Shown: positions 1-10,227, counted from the first letter of the stretch. The stretch is DNA of 64,000 bases from Candidatus Cloacimonadales bacterium (GCA_963663475.2 CAXXJV010000001.1:1472001-1536000); one strand, 5' to 3'. Notes: generated by a model from the letters alone, not told the origin. A program made the numbers and translations.

Positions 1-336
1 TAAGACCTTAAGTTGATCAATAACTATTTTGTTAAGTAATAGAAGTCTTTCCTGAGCAGGAATATTTTCTTCAATATATATGACATTAGCATTAGAACCA
101 GCTTGGTTTCTAAAGGTGTCGAATTCGACCCCTTTAAAACTAGGATTATGTAATTTCTCCCATAAACCCAAAAACTCAATTGTATTTTTACTCCTTAGCC
201 AGTTTTTTACAACATCTTTAGGTTCATCTGGATTTTTATATCTTGCAATATCTGTTAATGATATGTAACTATTATTATCAAGACCCTTAATTTTAACCTC
301 AATATTAAATACTTCTATAACCTTTGTTTTAGCCAA
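1..336 (-). CDS. KilA-N domain DNA-binding protein, internally deleted; 3' end runs off the window
   Basis: Not in the ORF track. TTG start at 336, preceded by GGGGGAG just after the helicase stop. Open to position 1: MAKTKVIEVFNIEVKIKGLDNNSYISLTDIARYKNPDEPKDVVKNWLRSKNTIEFLGLWEKLHNPSFKGVEFDTFRNQAGSNA|NVIYIEENIPAQERLLLLNKIVIDQLKVL. YISLTDIA..NWLR..TIEFLGLWE is the KilA-N signature. Confidence 0.8.
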   Translation of the reverse strand, partial: MAKTKVIEVFNIEVKIKGLDNNSYISLTDIARYKNPDEPKDVVKNWLRSKNTIEFLGLWEKLHNPSFKGVEFDTFRNQAGSNANVIYIEENIPAQERLLLLNKIVIDQLKVL

Positions 337-347
337 ATCTCCCCCTA

Positions 348-3300
348 TTAAAACTCTTCTGCTAAGATTAGTCTTTCCTTACCATCATTAACACTAGTGG
401 ATTTTTTTATAATTCTCTCAAGATATTGATGAGGTACTTCTTCTTTGAATTCTTCTATGTCATCTTTAAGTGTTTTTTTATCAAAAGCTCTAATCAATTT
501 AGCAAATCTATCTGGTAAGCCATCAAGAGATTCTAAAACTACTAATAAGTCATCTAAATAGTCCTTATCTTCATTAAGCATTGATTTGATAACTTTTAAT
601 TTGTCAATAGCTTGTCTTCTTCCTTTATCACTTGCTAATTCACTCTTCTTAATAAAGAGTTTTTCTTTAATTTTCTGATAGATATTATCAAAATTATTTG
701 TTACAGATAAGCTTGATTCTTCAACTTCAGCCTCAAAGAGTTGAAAAGCATCTTTAACACTTAAAGAGACTACTTCCTTACCATCTGATGAGAATTTAAA
801 GGTGTATTCATCACCTTTACTTCCAAAGACAATCACTCCACTGCTTTTACTTGCTGATCTTCTTATTCTTGTTCTATGAGGTATTTCTTTAGACTTTTCT
901 ATGACCTCTGGATTAGTAAGCTTGAGTTTATTATAGAAATCTAAATATTCTGCATCCCAAGATACTTGTTCCTGATTGGCAAACTCTTTTTCATATTGTT
1001 TTGCATAAAAGGACTCAAGTGTTTCATCAGGAGTAAGGATTTTTGTATCACTTCCTAAAATTGCTTGAATAACAGCTAATTTTAAGGTTGAAATTTGCTT
1101 AGTTCTTACATGCTGAGCTCCAATGTCAGTGGGGAAGTAGTTATAGATATATAGTTTTTCAAAGACTTTCTTATCTATTCTGTTAATTCGTCCTACTCTT
1201 TGAATCACTCTTGTAGGATTATAAGGAATATCATAGTTGAAAATAGTACCTGCTCTATGGAGATTATAACCTTCAGATATAGAATCAGTAGCTACCAAGA
1301 TATCGAAGTCATTTTTTTGTGCATTCTTGTAACTGGCATCAAAGTTTTCTTTAATAATTTCTTTGTTATTCTTACTAGCTTCACTACCAGAGTATTTGAA
1401 TATTCTAAACTCATCTTTTAAGCTTTTATAGAGATATTGGGCTGTATCATTGAATTCAGTGAAAATAACTATTTTCCTATTTGGTTCACTGGCTAACTGA
1501 TTCTTGATTATCTCTTTGAAATGGTCAAGCTTGGGGTCTGTTTTGACCTTTTTCCACTCTTCTTGAATGGATTTCAAGAGGTCTATATCACTTCTCAAGT
1601 CTCTTGCAAAACTAACTTTTATTTCATTGGCTTCAATAATCATTAACCCTTTTTCATAGTATTTTTGCAGTTGACCCTCAAAAGTGAAATTAAATAATTC
1701 TTCCGATATATCATCACCCATATCATCCATGAGAGAATCTACATCAGGTAGTTTACCCTTTTTATAAATGGGGACTTTATGAAGTCTATCATGCCAATCT
1801 AGGATTAACTCAAAAGATTTAATCATATTCTCTAAAGAATTCATAAAGGCTTGGAAAGAACTTTCAAAACGTCTGACTAATAAATGCTTCATAAATTTAG
1901 CAATATTCATTTGAGATTTTCTAAAGAGGTTTATATCTCCAAACTCTTTAGTGATCTTCTCTTTATATTTATCATAATCTTTTAAATAAGATACTGGTTT
2001 ATACCTTGCACCCTCTAATCCCTTGCCTTTATCTTCTGTAGAGATTATTTTCAAGGTTTTAAGATAAAGTTCACTAAGACTACCCAGATTATATTCTTGC
2101 ACAATTGGGTCATGAACCTGTGAGTAAGAAATATTTTGATGGTCTAAATCTAGGCGATACTTTTCAATCTTTTCTAAATCAATTCTACTCCTTCTAATTA
2201 AAACAGGGGATAGTATATCTCTGATCTTATCAGAAAGTTCATTAATGCGTCTTTTTAATTCAACCTCATTAATAGAACTATCTTTCTGTTTTTTTTGGAT
2301 ATTTTTATATTCAATAATTAGGCTTTTAAACTGTAATGCTAAGTTATCAACTGTTTGAATTGTTGTCTTCGAGGGAAGTTGAAACAATTTAATCATAGAA
2401 AAGATGTCTTGAGGTCTGTTATTAAAAGGTGTTGCTGTAAGTAGTATAACCTTATTCCCTTGGCAAAGCTGATGAAGCATTCCGTAGTCTCGAGTCATTT
2501 CATTTCTATACTTGTGGGCTTCATCGATTATGATTAGTTTCTCTTCAGTAAAGTCGTTATCTTTCAAAGCATCTTCAATTTTTCCACTACTATATACTTT
2601 TGCTCTAAAATCGAACTCATACCAATAATCATTCCATTGTTCCACCAGATGAGGAGGGGCAATGATAACTGCTTTTCTTCTTAGATTATAGGCAATTGCT
2701 GAAGCTATAATACTTTTTCCTAAACCTACAACATCAGAGATAATTACTCCATTGTGTTTTTTGATTATGTCTAATCCTCTATGTAAAGCATCTGTTTGAT
2801 ATTCTAAATCAAAGTATGCTTCATCAGTAATCTGTGAGGGAAGTTTTATGTTATTATCTTTCTTAAGTGAAAAGTATTCATCTAAGACTCTGACATACAT
2901 AATGAATGGTTTTGGTAACTTTTCAAACCAAATCTTTTCAACTACACTTTCCAAAAAGTCAGCCAGGTTATTTTTACTTACTATATCAATTCCTGTTTCC
3001 CATAGCTCATCAAATAGTTTTTTCCCTTGATTATATGTTTTATCTCTAAAAATTGTATTGATTTCACCTTGGCCGTAGAGTCCTGATCTAGTTAGATTAC
3101 TAGAACCAGTTATCATTGTTCCAGGGAAACTTCCACCTTGATTATGTTCAGGTATCGCTTGGAAAAGATAGAGCTTCGAGTGATTTGGTTTTAGTGTTTT
3201 CCTAATCTCAAGACTTCCATTTTTTATTTTTTCTATAAATAGTTTGAATGATCTCTGCTTGTCTTCAGAATCAAAGAAATCACTATCATTGAAGAATTTA

Positions 3301-3572
3301 ACAAAATTCTCATTATATTCTCTTCTTATTTGGCTTTTAGATTTTTCAATATTTTCCACAAGCTCGAACTCTCTAAATTTGTTGAGAATGTTCTTTTCAA
3401 TGTCAAGACCTACAAGTATTTTTATCTCTTTATCTATGATCTCATCAGAAATTTCACTAAAACCAGAATAATAAAAATATCCTACTAAAACAAATAGCTT
3501 GTCTGTTGAAGGTAATATTTTACATATTTCATCACCAAGTTTTTGTTCATGATTTGTAATTAAATCAGCCAT
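348..3572 (-). CDS. PLD-family nuclease domain fused to SF2/SNF2-like helicase (restriction/defence-associated)
   Basis: N-terminal VGYFY, HSKLY and GSSNLT (PLD-like HxK motif). Walker A DVVGLGKS, DEAH, LLTATP, C-terminal SEGYNL and QRVGRINR. Start moved to ATG 3572 (GGAG RBS); the track start is 3611. Confidence 0.85.
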   Translation of the reverse strand: MADLITNHEQKLGDEICKILPSTDKLFVLVGYFYYSGFSEISDEIIDKEIKILVGLDIEKNILNKFREFELVENIEKSKSQIRREYNENFVKFFNDSDFFDSEDKQRSFKLFIEKIKNGSLEIRKTLKPNHSKLYLFQAIPEHNQGGSFPGTMITGSSNLTRSGLYGQGEINTIFRDKTYNQGKKLFDELWETGIDIVSKNNLADFLESVVEKIWFEKLPKPFIMYVRVLDEYFSLKKDNNIKLPSQITDEAYFDLEYQTDALHRGLDIIKKHNGVIISDVVGLGKSIIASAIAYNLRRKAVIIAPPHLVEQWNDYWYEFDFRAKVYSSGKIEDALKDNDFTEEKLIIIDEAHKYRNEMTRDYGMLHQLCQGNKVILLTATPFNNRPQDIFSMIKLFQLPSKTTIQTVDNLALQFKSLIIEYKNIQKKQKDSSINEVELKRRINELSDKIRDILSPVLIRRSRIDLEKIEKYRLDLDHQNISYSQVHDPIVQEYNLGSLSELYLKTLKIISTEDKGKGLEGARYKPVSYLKDYDKYKEKITKEFGDINLFRKSQMNIAKFMKHLLVRRFESSFQAFMNSLENMIKSFELILDWHDRLHKVPIYKKGKLPDVDSLMDDMGDDISEELFNFTFEGQLQKYYEKGLMIIEANEIKVSFARDLRSDIDLLKSIQEEWKKVKTDPKLDHFKEIIKNQLASEPNRKIVIFTEFNDTAQYLYKSLKDEFRIFKYSGSEASKNNKEIIKENFDASYKNAQKNDFDILVATDSISEGYNLHRAGTIFNYDIPYNPTRVIQRVGRINRIDKKVFEKLYIYNYFPTDIGAQHVRTKQISTLKLAVIQAILGSDTKILTPDETLESFYAKQYEKEFANQEQVSWDAEYLDFYNKLKLTNPEVIEKSKEIPHRTRIRRSASKSSGVIVFGSKGDEYTFKFSSDGKEVVSLSVKDAFQLFEAEVEESSLSVTNNFDNIYQKIKEKLFIKKSELASDKGRRQAIDKLKVIKSMLNEDKDYLDDLLVVLESLDGLPDRFAKLIRAFDKKTLKDDIEEFKEEVPHQYLERIIKKSTSVNDGKERLILAEEF

Positions 3573-3697
3573 GCACACTCCAAGTAATAAGTTTAGTGTC
3601 ATATAATACAAGTATTAAAAATTAATCAAGAAAAAAAATAGCTAAAAATTATTCTACTAAAAATAAAAGTCACCTTGTATCTACCTATTCGTCGGTA

Positions 3698-3729
3698 GTC
3701 CCTTGCCTAGGGCTGAGGAAGTCTGGTCT
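3698..3729 (+). repeat. Dispersed repeat module Y (copy 1; copy 2 at 44708-44739)
   Basis: gtcccttgcctagggctgaggaagtctggtct vs gtcccttacctaggcttgaggaagaccggtct, 27/32 identical; GC-rich in an AT-rich background. Confidence 0.75.
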
Positions 3730-3751
3730 CTAAAATAAGATAAAAAAGTTA

Positions 3752-3775
3752 TTGACAGATTGACGTATTTGTCAA
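3752..3775 (+). promoter_or_regulatory. ars operon -35 box and putative ArsR operator
   Basis: TTGACA at 3752-3757, then the inverted repeat TTGAC-gtattt-GTCAA (3760-3775), directly upstream of arsR. Confidence 0.5.
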
Positions 3776-3801
3776 ACTTGAAATCAAAAGGAGATTTTAC
3801 T

Positions 3802-4134
3802 ATGGGATATTCAAAAGAAAAGTATGAGATGTTAGCAGATATCTTAAAGGCTGCTGCTCATCCAGTTAGACTTTATATTTTAGAGACTTTAGCTGAGCGT
3901 AAGCTTTGTGTAAAGGAGTTTGCTGATGAATTAGGTTTTGATATATCAACAATATCAAAACACTTAACACAGATGAAGAAGAGTGGATTAATTTATGATT
4001 ATCGGGAAGGTAATTGTGTTTATTATAATATCAGATGCGATTGTGTTGCTCGGTTTTTAGCTGCTTCTAAAGATATTTTAATTACTAATTTGGAGAGAGA
4101 TAGACAGTTAATGACTAGGTTGGAGGACAAATGA
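3802..4134 (+). CDS. arsR: ArsR/SmtB family transcriptional repressor
   Basis: LKAAAHPVRL..LCVKE..STISKHL HTH pattern; ATG 3802 with AAAGGAG RBS; heads the ars cluster. Confidence 0.85.
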   Translation: MGYSKEKYEMLADILKAAAHPVRLYILETLAERKLCVKEFADELGFDISTISKHLTQMKKSGLIYDYREGNCVYYNIRCDCVARFLAASKDILITNLERDRQLMTRLEDK

Positions 4135-5426
4135 CCTGGAAAAAAGAGATAAAGATTTTATTGTTAATGATTGCTGTATTTTTAGTTTCCTTTAATTTAC
4201 CAGTTGATTCAGCACGTTTTCAAAACGCAGTAATGGAGTCTTTTCATCTCCTTAAGGAGTATGCTCAACTTCATGTTATATTATGCTTATTACCAGCTCT
4301 TTTTATAGCAGGTGCAATTGGTGTATTTATATCACAAAATGCAGTTATGAAATACTTGGGAGCCAAAGCTAAACGGGTAGTCGCATATTCAGTTGCTGCT
4401 GTTTCTGGTTCAATTTTAGCAGTTTGTTCCTGTACTATTCTCCCTCTCTTTAGTGGTATTTACAAACGAGGTGCAGGCTTAGGACCAGCAACAGCATTTT
4501 TATATTCTGGGCCAGCTATTAATATTTTGGCTATTATTCTCACAGCAAGAATTTTAGGCCTGGAGATGGGTATTGCTAGAGCAGTAGGGGCAATAGTTTT
4601 TAGTATAGTTATAGGTCTGCTTATGGGTTTTATTTTCCGCAAGGAAGAGAAGGCAAAAGCAGATATTCAAATGCAGATGCCAGATGTTGAAGCAGATAGG
4701 CCTTTATGGCATAATATGATTTTCTTTGGTTCAATGATTATGATTTTAGTATTTGCAAACTGGGCAAAACCAGCTGTTGAGTCAGGACTTTGGTATGCTA
4801 TCTATAATGTAAAATGGATTGTAACTTCAATCTTTGCTATTGCTTTAGGAGTTATTCTAGTAAGTTTATATGAAATGAAGGTTTGGAAAATGGGTCTAGT
4901 AGCCTTAGCAGTGGTAATTGCAGGTTTCTTAACTTCATGGCAACCTTTAATCCCTTTTGTTGTAGGAATTATCGGTTTATCTTATTTTACTAGTAAAGAT
5001 GAAGATGAGGCTGGAGAGTGGTTTGAATCCACTTGGGAGTTTGCCAAGCAAATTTTACCCTTGCTTTTCTTTGGTGTATTAGTTGCTGGCTTACTTTTAG
5101 CTAGACCAGGTCAAGAAGGTTTAATTCCTTCAGAATGGATTTCAAGCTTAGTAGGAGGAAACTCTGTATTTGCCAATTTCTTTGCCTCTATTGTGGGTGC
5201 CTTTATGTATTTCGCAACTCTGACAGAAGTCCCAATTATTCAAGGATTAATGGGAAATGGAATGGGAAAAGGTCCTGCTTTAGCACTCTTACTAGCTGGT
5301 CCAGCCTTATCACTACCTAATATGCTTGTGATAAGAAGTGTGATGGGAACCAAAAAGACCCTTGTTTTTGTCTCATTGGTAGTAGTTATGGCTACAATAT
5401 CTGGTTTGATCTTTGGGAAAATTTAG
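4131..5426 (+). CDS. ArsP/DUF318-family permease
   Basis: Polytopic membrane protein with VCSCTILP and MYFATLTEVPI motifs, in ars context. Confidence 0.85.
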   Translation: MTWKKEIKILLLMIAVFLVSFNLPVDSARFQNAVMESFHLLKEYAQLHVILCLLPALFIAGAIGVFISQNAVMKYLGAKAKRVVAYSVAAVSGSILAVCSCTILPLFSGIYKRGAGLGPATAFLYSGPAINILAIILTARILGLEMGIARAVGAIVFSIVIGLLMGFIFRKEEKAKADIQMQMPDVEADRPLWHNMIFFGSMIMILVFANWAKPAVESGLWYAIYNVKWIVTSIFAIALGVILVSLYEMKVWKMGLVALAVVIAGFLTSWQPLIPFVVGIIGLSYFTSKDEDEAGEWFESTWEFAKQILPLLFFGVLVAGLLLARPGQEGLIPSEWISSLVGGNSVFANFFASIVGAFMYFATLTEVPIIQGLMGNGMGKGPALALLLAGPALSLPNMLVIRSVMGTKKTLVFVSLVVVMATISGLIFGKI

Positions 5427-5456
5427 AAAGTATAAACATAAAAAAAAGGAGAAAGG

Positions 5457-5690
5457 ATGATTATTAAAGTATTAGGCACAGGTTGTGCTAAGTGTAAGAA
5501 ACTAGAAGAAGAAGCTAGGAAAGCAGTTGCTGAATCAGGAATTGAAGCTAGTGTGGAAAAGGTTACAGATTTGAATGATATTATGGCTTATAACGTGATG
5601 ATGACTCCTGCCTTGGTAATTGATGAAAAGGTGGTTTCAGCGGGAAGAGTCTTATCTGCCAAGAAAATTATAGCATTTTTACAAGGATAA
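5457..5690 (+). CDS. Small redox-active disulfide protein (TM0996/MTH895 thioredoxin-like)
   Basis: IKVLGTGCAKC and VMMTPALVID motifs. Confidence 0.9.
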   Translation: MIIKVLGTGCAKCKKLEEEARKAVAESGIEASVEKVTDLNDIMAYNVMMTPALVIDEKVVSAGRVLSAKKIIAFLQG

Positions 5691-5700
5691 GAGGGATTAT

Positions 5701-6087
5701 ATGAAAAAAGTACTCTTTCTCTGCACAGGTAACTCATGTCGTAGTCAAATGGCTCAGGGATTTATGCAAGAGTATGCAGGGTATGAAGCTTTTTCTGCTG
5801 GAACAAAACCAGCAGAAAGAGTTAATCCCAAGGCAATAATAGTTATGCAAGAGCTGGGAATAGATATTTCAACCCATAGACCAAAGTTAGTTGATGAGTA
5901 TTTGGATCAAGAATTTGATTATGTAATAACAGTCTGTGATTCAGCTAAAGAGTCTTGCCCAGTATTCACTGGTAAAGTAAAGAATCGACTACATATAAGT
6001 TTCCAAGATCCAGATGGATATGATTTAGATAAATTTAGAGAAGTACGCGATTTAATTGCTGAGGCTATTAAAAACTTAGCTAAATAA
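5701..6087 (+). CDS. arsC: Arsenate reductase, thioredoxin-coupled LMW-PTP type
   Basis: CTGNSCRSQMA P-loop; VITVC..ESCP resolving cysteines. Confidence 0.9.
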   Translation: MKKVLFLCTGNSCRSQMAQGFMQEYAGYEAFSAGTKPAERVNPKAIIVMQELGIDISTHRPKLVDEYLDQEFDYVITVCDSAKESCPVFTGKVKNRLHISFQDPDGYDLDKFREVRDLIAEAIKNLAK

Positions 6088-6096
6088 GGAGATAAA

Positions 6097-7200
6097 ATGA
6101 GCCAAATGTGCCAGGTAAGTCAGAAAAAGTTTGAGGGGCAAGAATTAAATATTTTTGAGAAATATTTAACTTTCTGGGTTTTTCTCTGTATAGGAATAGG
6201 GATAACTTTAGGGAAAGTGATTCCTGCAGTTGCAATAACTTTAGATTCATGGTCAGTATATCAAATATCACTACCAATAGCTATCTGTCTTTTCTTTATG
6301 ATGTACCCAATCATGGTTAAAATAGATTTTGGGCAAGTCATAAAGGCTGGTAAGACACCCAAGCCTGTTATTCTTACTTTATTGATAAACTGGCTAATTA
6401 AACCTTTTACTATGTTTTTTATTGCAAGTTTCTTTTTAACCCTTTTCCATAAGTATGGTTTTATATTCGGAAGAGAGATTTTGAAGAATGGACAAGAAGT
6501 TGACCTGTATAGAAGTTATATTTCGGGAGCTATACTCTTAGGAATTGCTCCCTGTACTGCAATGGTCTTAGTTTGGTCTTGGTTAGCTAAAGGTAACATG
6601 GGGCATACCCTAATTATGGTAGCAATAAATTCATTAACTATGCTTGTTTTATATGCTCCTTTAGGTGGATACTTGCTTGGTGAAAACCAAATGCCGATAC
6701 CCTGGCAGACAATTGTTTTATCAGTTTTGATTTATGTTGCTCTTCCTTTAGTGTCAGGTTATTTTTCCCGCAAATGGATTATTAATCATAAAGGTAGAGA
6801 ATTTTTTGAAAGAAAATTTGTTCCAAAACTAGGCAGAGTTTCAATTATTGCCTTGTTAACCACACTGATTCTTCTATTTTCATTTAAAGGAGAAGTGATT
6901 ATAAAACAACCTCTTACAATTATTTGGATTGCTATTCCACTTTTTATTCAGACTATACTTATTTTTGTAATTGGCTACATTTTAGCTAAAGTTTTTAAAC
7001 TGTCTTATGATAATGCAGCCCCAGTTGCAATGATTGGGGCCTCAAATCATTTTGAAGTAGCAATAGCAACTTCAACAATGCTCTTTGGTCTATCCTCTGG
7101 GGCTTCTCTTGCTACTGTGGTAGGTGTGTTAATCGAAGTACCAGTAATGCTCTTGCTAGTAAAAGTTTGCTTGAAAACAAAATTCCTTTTTAATAAATAA
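6097..7200 (+). CDS. acr3: Acr3-family arsenite efflux transporter
   Basis: [29 protein letters not shown] and [10 protein letters not shown] motifs. Confidence 0.92.
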   Translation: MSQMCQVSQKKFEGQELNIFEKYLTFWVFLCIGIGITLGKVIPAVAITLDSWSVYQISLPIAICLFFMMYPIMVKIDFGQVIKAGKTPKPVILTLLINWLIKPFTMFFIASFFLTLFHKYGFIFGREILKNGQEVDLYRSYISGAILLGIAPCTAMVLVWSWLAKGNMGHTLIMVAINSLTMLVLYAPLGGYLLGENQMPIPWQTIVLSVLIYVALPLVSGYFSRKWIINHKGREFFERKFVPKLGRVSIIALLTTLILLFSFKGEVIIKQPLTIIWIAIPLFIQTILIFVIGYILAKVFKLSYDNAAPVAMIGASNHFEVAIATSTMLFGLSSGASLATVVGVLIEVPVMLLLVKVCLKTKFLFNK

Positions 7201-7223
7201 GGCTATAAGCCTGTAAATTTTTA

Positions 7224-7267
7224 AGGATAAGCTATTGGGGAAGGTGGATTGACTGTTGAACATTCTC
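7224..7267 (+). repeat. Dispersed repeat module Z (copy 1; copy 2 at 44892-44935)
   Basis: aggataagctattggggaaggtggattgactgttgaacattctc vs aggataaactattgggaagaatggcttgctggttgaacagtctc, 34/44 identical without gaps. Confidence 0.7.
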
Positions 7268-7358
7268 TTAAAGCCAAAGTTATGGTCAAATTAATAAGTT
7301 CTTGACTTATTTTCCCTTGTCAAAAATCTAAAACAGTAATCTAAATAACTAATTCAAT

Positions 7359-7407
7359 TATCCCAGATAGTGTTATTCACAAAGATCTATTGCATTGTTT
7401 GGGATTA
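7359..7407. mobile_element. MITE family A, minimal copy (ends only) in the lon leader
   Basis: tatcccagatagtg...tattcacaaagatctattgcattgtttgggatta; both segments match the family A terminal inverted repeats. Confidence 0.65.
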
Positions 7408-7424
7408 TACTAAGGAGAATGTTA

Positions 7425-9776
7425 ATGGCGACAAAATCCAAGAAAGATAAAATTATATTAAATGTTATTCCTTTGAGAAAAATGATTCAAGTACCAAAGG
7501 TTGTTGTGCCTATCTTAATAGGTCGTAAGCAGACTTTAGAAGCAGCTAATGATGCTATAGCAAACAACCAACCAATCCTTTGTATTCCTCAAAAGAATGA
7601 TGAAGAGTTTCAAGAATATCCAACTTCCAGAGATATGTATCGTTATGGTACAATGTCTATGATATCCCAAGAATTTAAATTACCCGATGGTAACTTAAGA
7701 CTTCTCTGTGAAGGAATTGAGATGGTTAAAGTGAAAAGATTTTTTCAAACTGGAAAATATCTCAGAGCAGAAGTTGAAATCATAGAAAAAACCCTTGAGC
7801 TAGAAGACCAAGATGTTATTGAAGCCTACCTTAGAAATCTTAAAACTTCTTTTAAAAACTATGTAAAACTAAATAATAGAATTCCTGATGAGCTGATTCA
7901 AGCTGTTGATATGATTGATGATAAAGATGAAATATTCTATTTTTGCCTGAATTACGTAGATTTAAATACAAGGACTAAACAAGCAGTTTTTCAACATTTA
8001 GACTTCTTAAAAGGACTGAAGAGTCTTATTCTTTATATTAACAAAGAAGCTGAGATTATTAGACTTGAAAAAGGTATTGAAAATGAGGTAAGGGCTTCAT
8101 TAAGTAAAATCCAAAAAGAGTATTTTCTTAATGAACAACTCAAACAGATTCATAAAGAGCTTGGTATTGGTGAGGATAGTGATTCTGATTTAGTAAGCTT
8201 AAAGAAGAGAATCGCTGAAACAGCTCTTACAAAAGAAGCTAGAGAAAAAGTGGAAGAAGAGTTTAAAAAACTAAGTAGAATTAATCCACAATCTCAAGAA
8301 CATACTGTTTTATTAAACTATATCACCTGGGTTTTAGATCTTCCCTGGGAAGAAAATACAAGCGTGGCTACTGATATTGAAAAATCAGAAAAGATTCTAA
8401 ATCAAGATCATTATGGACTCAAAGATGTGAAAGAGAGAATCTTAGAATATATTTCTGTAATGCAGATTAGTCAGGGTGTCAAAGGCCAAATTATCTGTTT
8501 TGCAGGCCCTCCAGGTGTAGGTAAAACATCACTTGGAAAATCAATTGCAGCCTCACTAGGTAGAGATTTTGTTAGAATATCTCTGGGTGGTGTCCGAGAT
8601 GAAGCAGAAATACGTGGTCATCGAAGAACCTATGTGGGTGCAATCCCAGGAATAATCATGAACTCTATGAAGAAAGCTAAATCAACTAACCCTCTTATTA
8701 TGATGGATGAAATTGATAAGCTTAGCTCAGATTTTAGAGGAGATCCAGCTTCTGCCTTATTAGAAGTTCTTGATCCTGAACAGAATTCTCATTTCAGAGA
8801 CCATTATATTGATATTGAATATGATCTCTCAAAAGTTGTCTTTATAACTACTGCTAATGATATTCATACCATTCCAAGACCCCTCTTAGATAGGATGGAA
8901 CTTATTGAACTTCCTGGTTATACAGAATATGAAAAGGTTAATATTGCTAAGAATCACCTTATTCCTAGACAGATGGAAGAACACTCTCTAACAAAACTAA
9001 TTAAAGTTAAATTTACTGATGAAATTATTCACTATATAATTAAATATTATACTCGTGAATCAGGGGTGAGAAACTTAGAAAGAACTATTGCTAAGGTTCT
9101 GAGAAAGATAATTAAAGACCACCTTAAAGGGAAAATTAAAAAAAGTATTACTCTTAATACAAAACATATACATGATTATCTAGGTGTTGAAAAATACTCT
9201 CATTCTGAAACAAATAAAGAGAGTCGGGTTGGGGTTGTTAATGGCTTAGCATGGACTGCTGTTGGTGGTGAGACAATGACTATTGAAGTTGTTAAATTAC
9301 CTGGTGAGGGTAAGATTAGTTTGACTGGTCAGCTGGGGGATGTGATGAAAGAATCTGCCCAGGCAGCTATCTCTTTCGCTAGACTTCATGCCCAAGAATA
9401 TGGAATTCCGCAAGACTTCTATAAAAACTATGATATCCATCTCCATATCCCGGAAGGCGCTGTCCCTAAAGATGGTCCTTCTGCTGGCGTTACTATGGCA
9501 ACCGCTATTATCTCTATTTTGAGTGATATGCCAGTTAGACATGATATTGCAATGACAGGAGAAATTACCCTCTCAGGTGCTGTATTAGCTATCGGTGGCC
9601 TTCCTGAAAAGCTTATCGCTGCCAAAAGAGAAGGAATCTTTGATATTCTGATTCCTCAAAAAAACGCCAAAGATTTAGAAGAGATTTCTGATGAGATTAA
9701 AAGTGGTTTGAACATTAAAAGTGTTTCAACTATTTCTGAAGTTTTAGATTTTGCCCTTATTAAAGATAAAAAATAA
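7425..9776 (+). CDS. lon: ATP-dependent Lon protease
   Basis: Walker A GPPGVGKTS, DEAEIRGHRRTY, catalytic PKDGPSAG; ATG 7425 with AAGGAG RBS. Confidence 0.97.
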   Translation: MATKSKKDKIILNVIPLRKMIQVPKVVVPILIGRKQTLEAANDAIANNQPILCIPQKNDEEFQEYPTSRDMYRYGTMSMISQEFKLPDGNLRLLCEGIEMVKVKRFFQTGKYLRAEVEIIEKTLELEDQDVIEAYLRNLKTSFKNYVKLNNRIPDELIQAVDMIDDKDEIFYFCLNYVDLNTRTKQAVFQHLDFLKGLKSLILYINKEAEIIRLEKGIENEVRASLSKIQKEYFLNEQLKQIHKELGIGEDSDSDLVSLKKRIAETALTKEAREKVEEEFKKLSRINPQSQEHTVLLNYITWVLDLPWEENTSVATDIEKSEKILNQDHYGLKDVKERILEYISVMQISQGVKGQIICFAGPPGVGKTSLGKSIAASLGRDFVRISLGGVRDEAEIRGHRRTYVGAIPGIIMNSMKKAKSTNPLIMMDEIDKLSSDFRGDPASALLEVLDPEQNSHFRDHYIDIEYDLSKVVFITTANDIHTIPRPLLDRMELIELPGYTEYEKVNIAKNHLIPRQMEEHSLTKLIKVKFTDEIIHYIIKYYTRESGVRNLERTIAKVLRKIIKDHLKGKIKKSITLNTKHIHDYLGVEKYSHSETNKESRVGVVNGLAWTAVGGETMTIEVVKLPGEGKISLTGQLGDVMKESAQAAISFARLHAQEYGIPQDFYKNYDIHLHIPEGAVPKDGPSAGVTMATAIISILSDMPVRHDIAMTGEITLSGAVLAIGGLPEKLIAAKREGIFDILIPQKNAKDLEEISDEIKSGLNIKSVSTISEVLDFALIKDKK

Positions 9777-9777
9777 A

Positions 9778-10005
9778 ATGAAGTTTAAAATAATTGAAAG
9801 AAATATCCTAGTAGATGAAACTGTTGAACTGATAATTCAGATCGATTCTAAAGACCAAATTATCTTCTGTTTCATCCTAGAAGCCTGGGAGGGGGTCTTT
9901 AATTATACTACTATTGATAAGAAAAATTCACTTATCAACGTTAGAATTGCTGGAGATTTTACTAAAGAAGCTGATGAATTAATAAATTATTTGCAAAATT
10001 ATTAG
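9778..10005 (+). CDS. DUF4911-like small protein
   Basis: FILEAWEG..YTTID pattern; ATG 9778 immediately after the lon stop. Confidence 0.6.
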   Translation: MKFKIIERNILVDETVELIIQIDSKDQIIFCFILEAWEGVFNYTTIDKKNSLINVRIAGDFTKEADELINYLQNY

Positions 10006-10126
10006 TTTGCTATCTTTCGTATTTATAGTGAGATATAAATCTCTATGAAAAATAATATAAGAAATATTAAAAAAGTGTCTTGACAGATTATAGGCATTTT
10101 ACAAATATGATTTCACATATTCGAAA

Positions 10127-10208
<82 letters not shown>

Positions 10209-10227
10209 CTTATGTAGCGATTATGAT

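Noticed and set aside
3573-3611. Longer track starts for several genes (3611, 3760, 7395, 9751, 14188, 20309, 36087, 38799, 49521)
   Set aside because: Downstream ATGs have a better RBS, give the expected N-terminus or signal peptide, or remove an overlap with the upstream gene.
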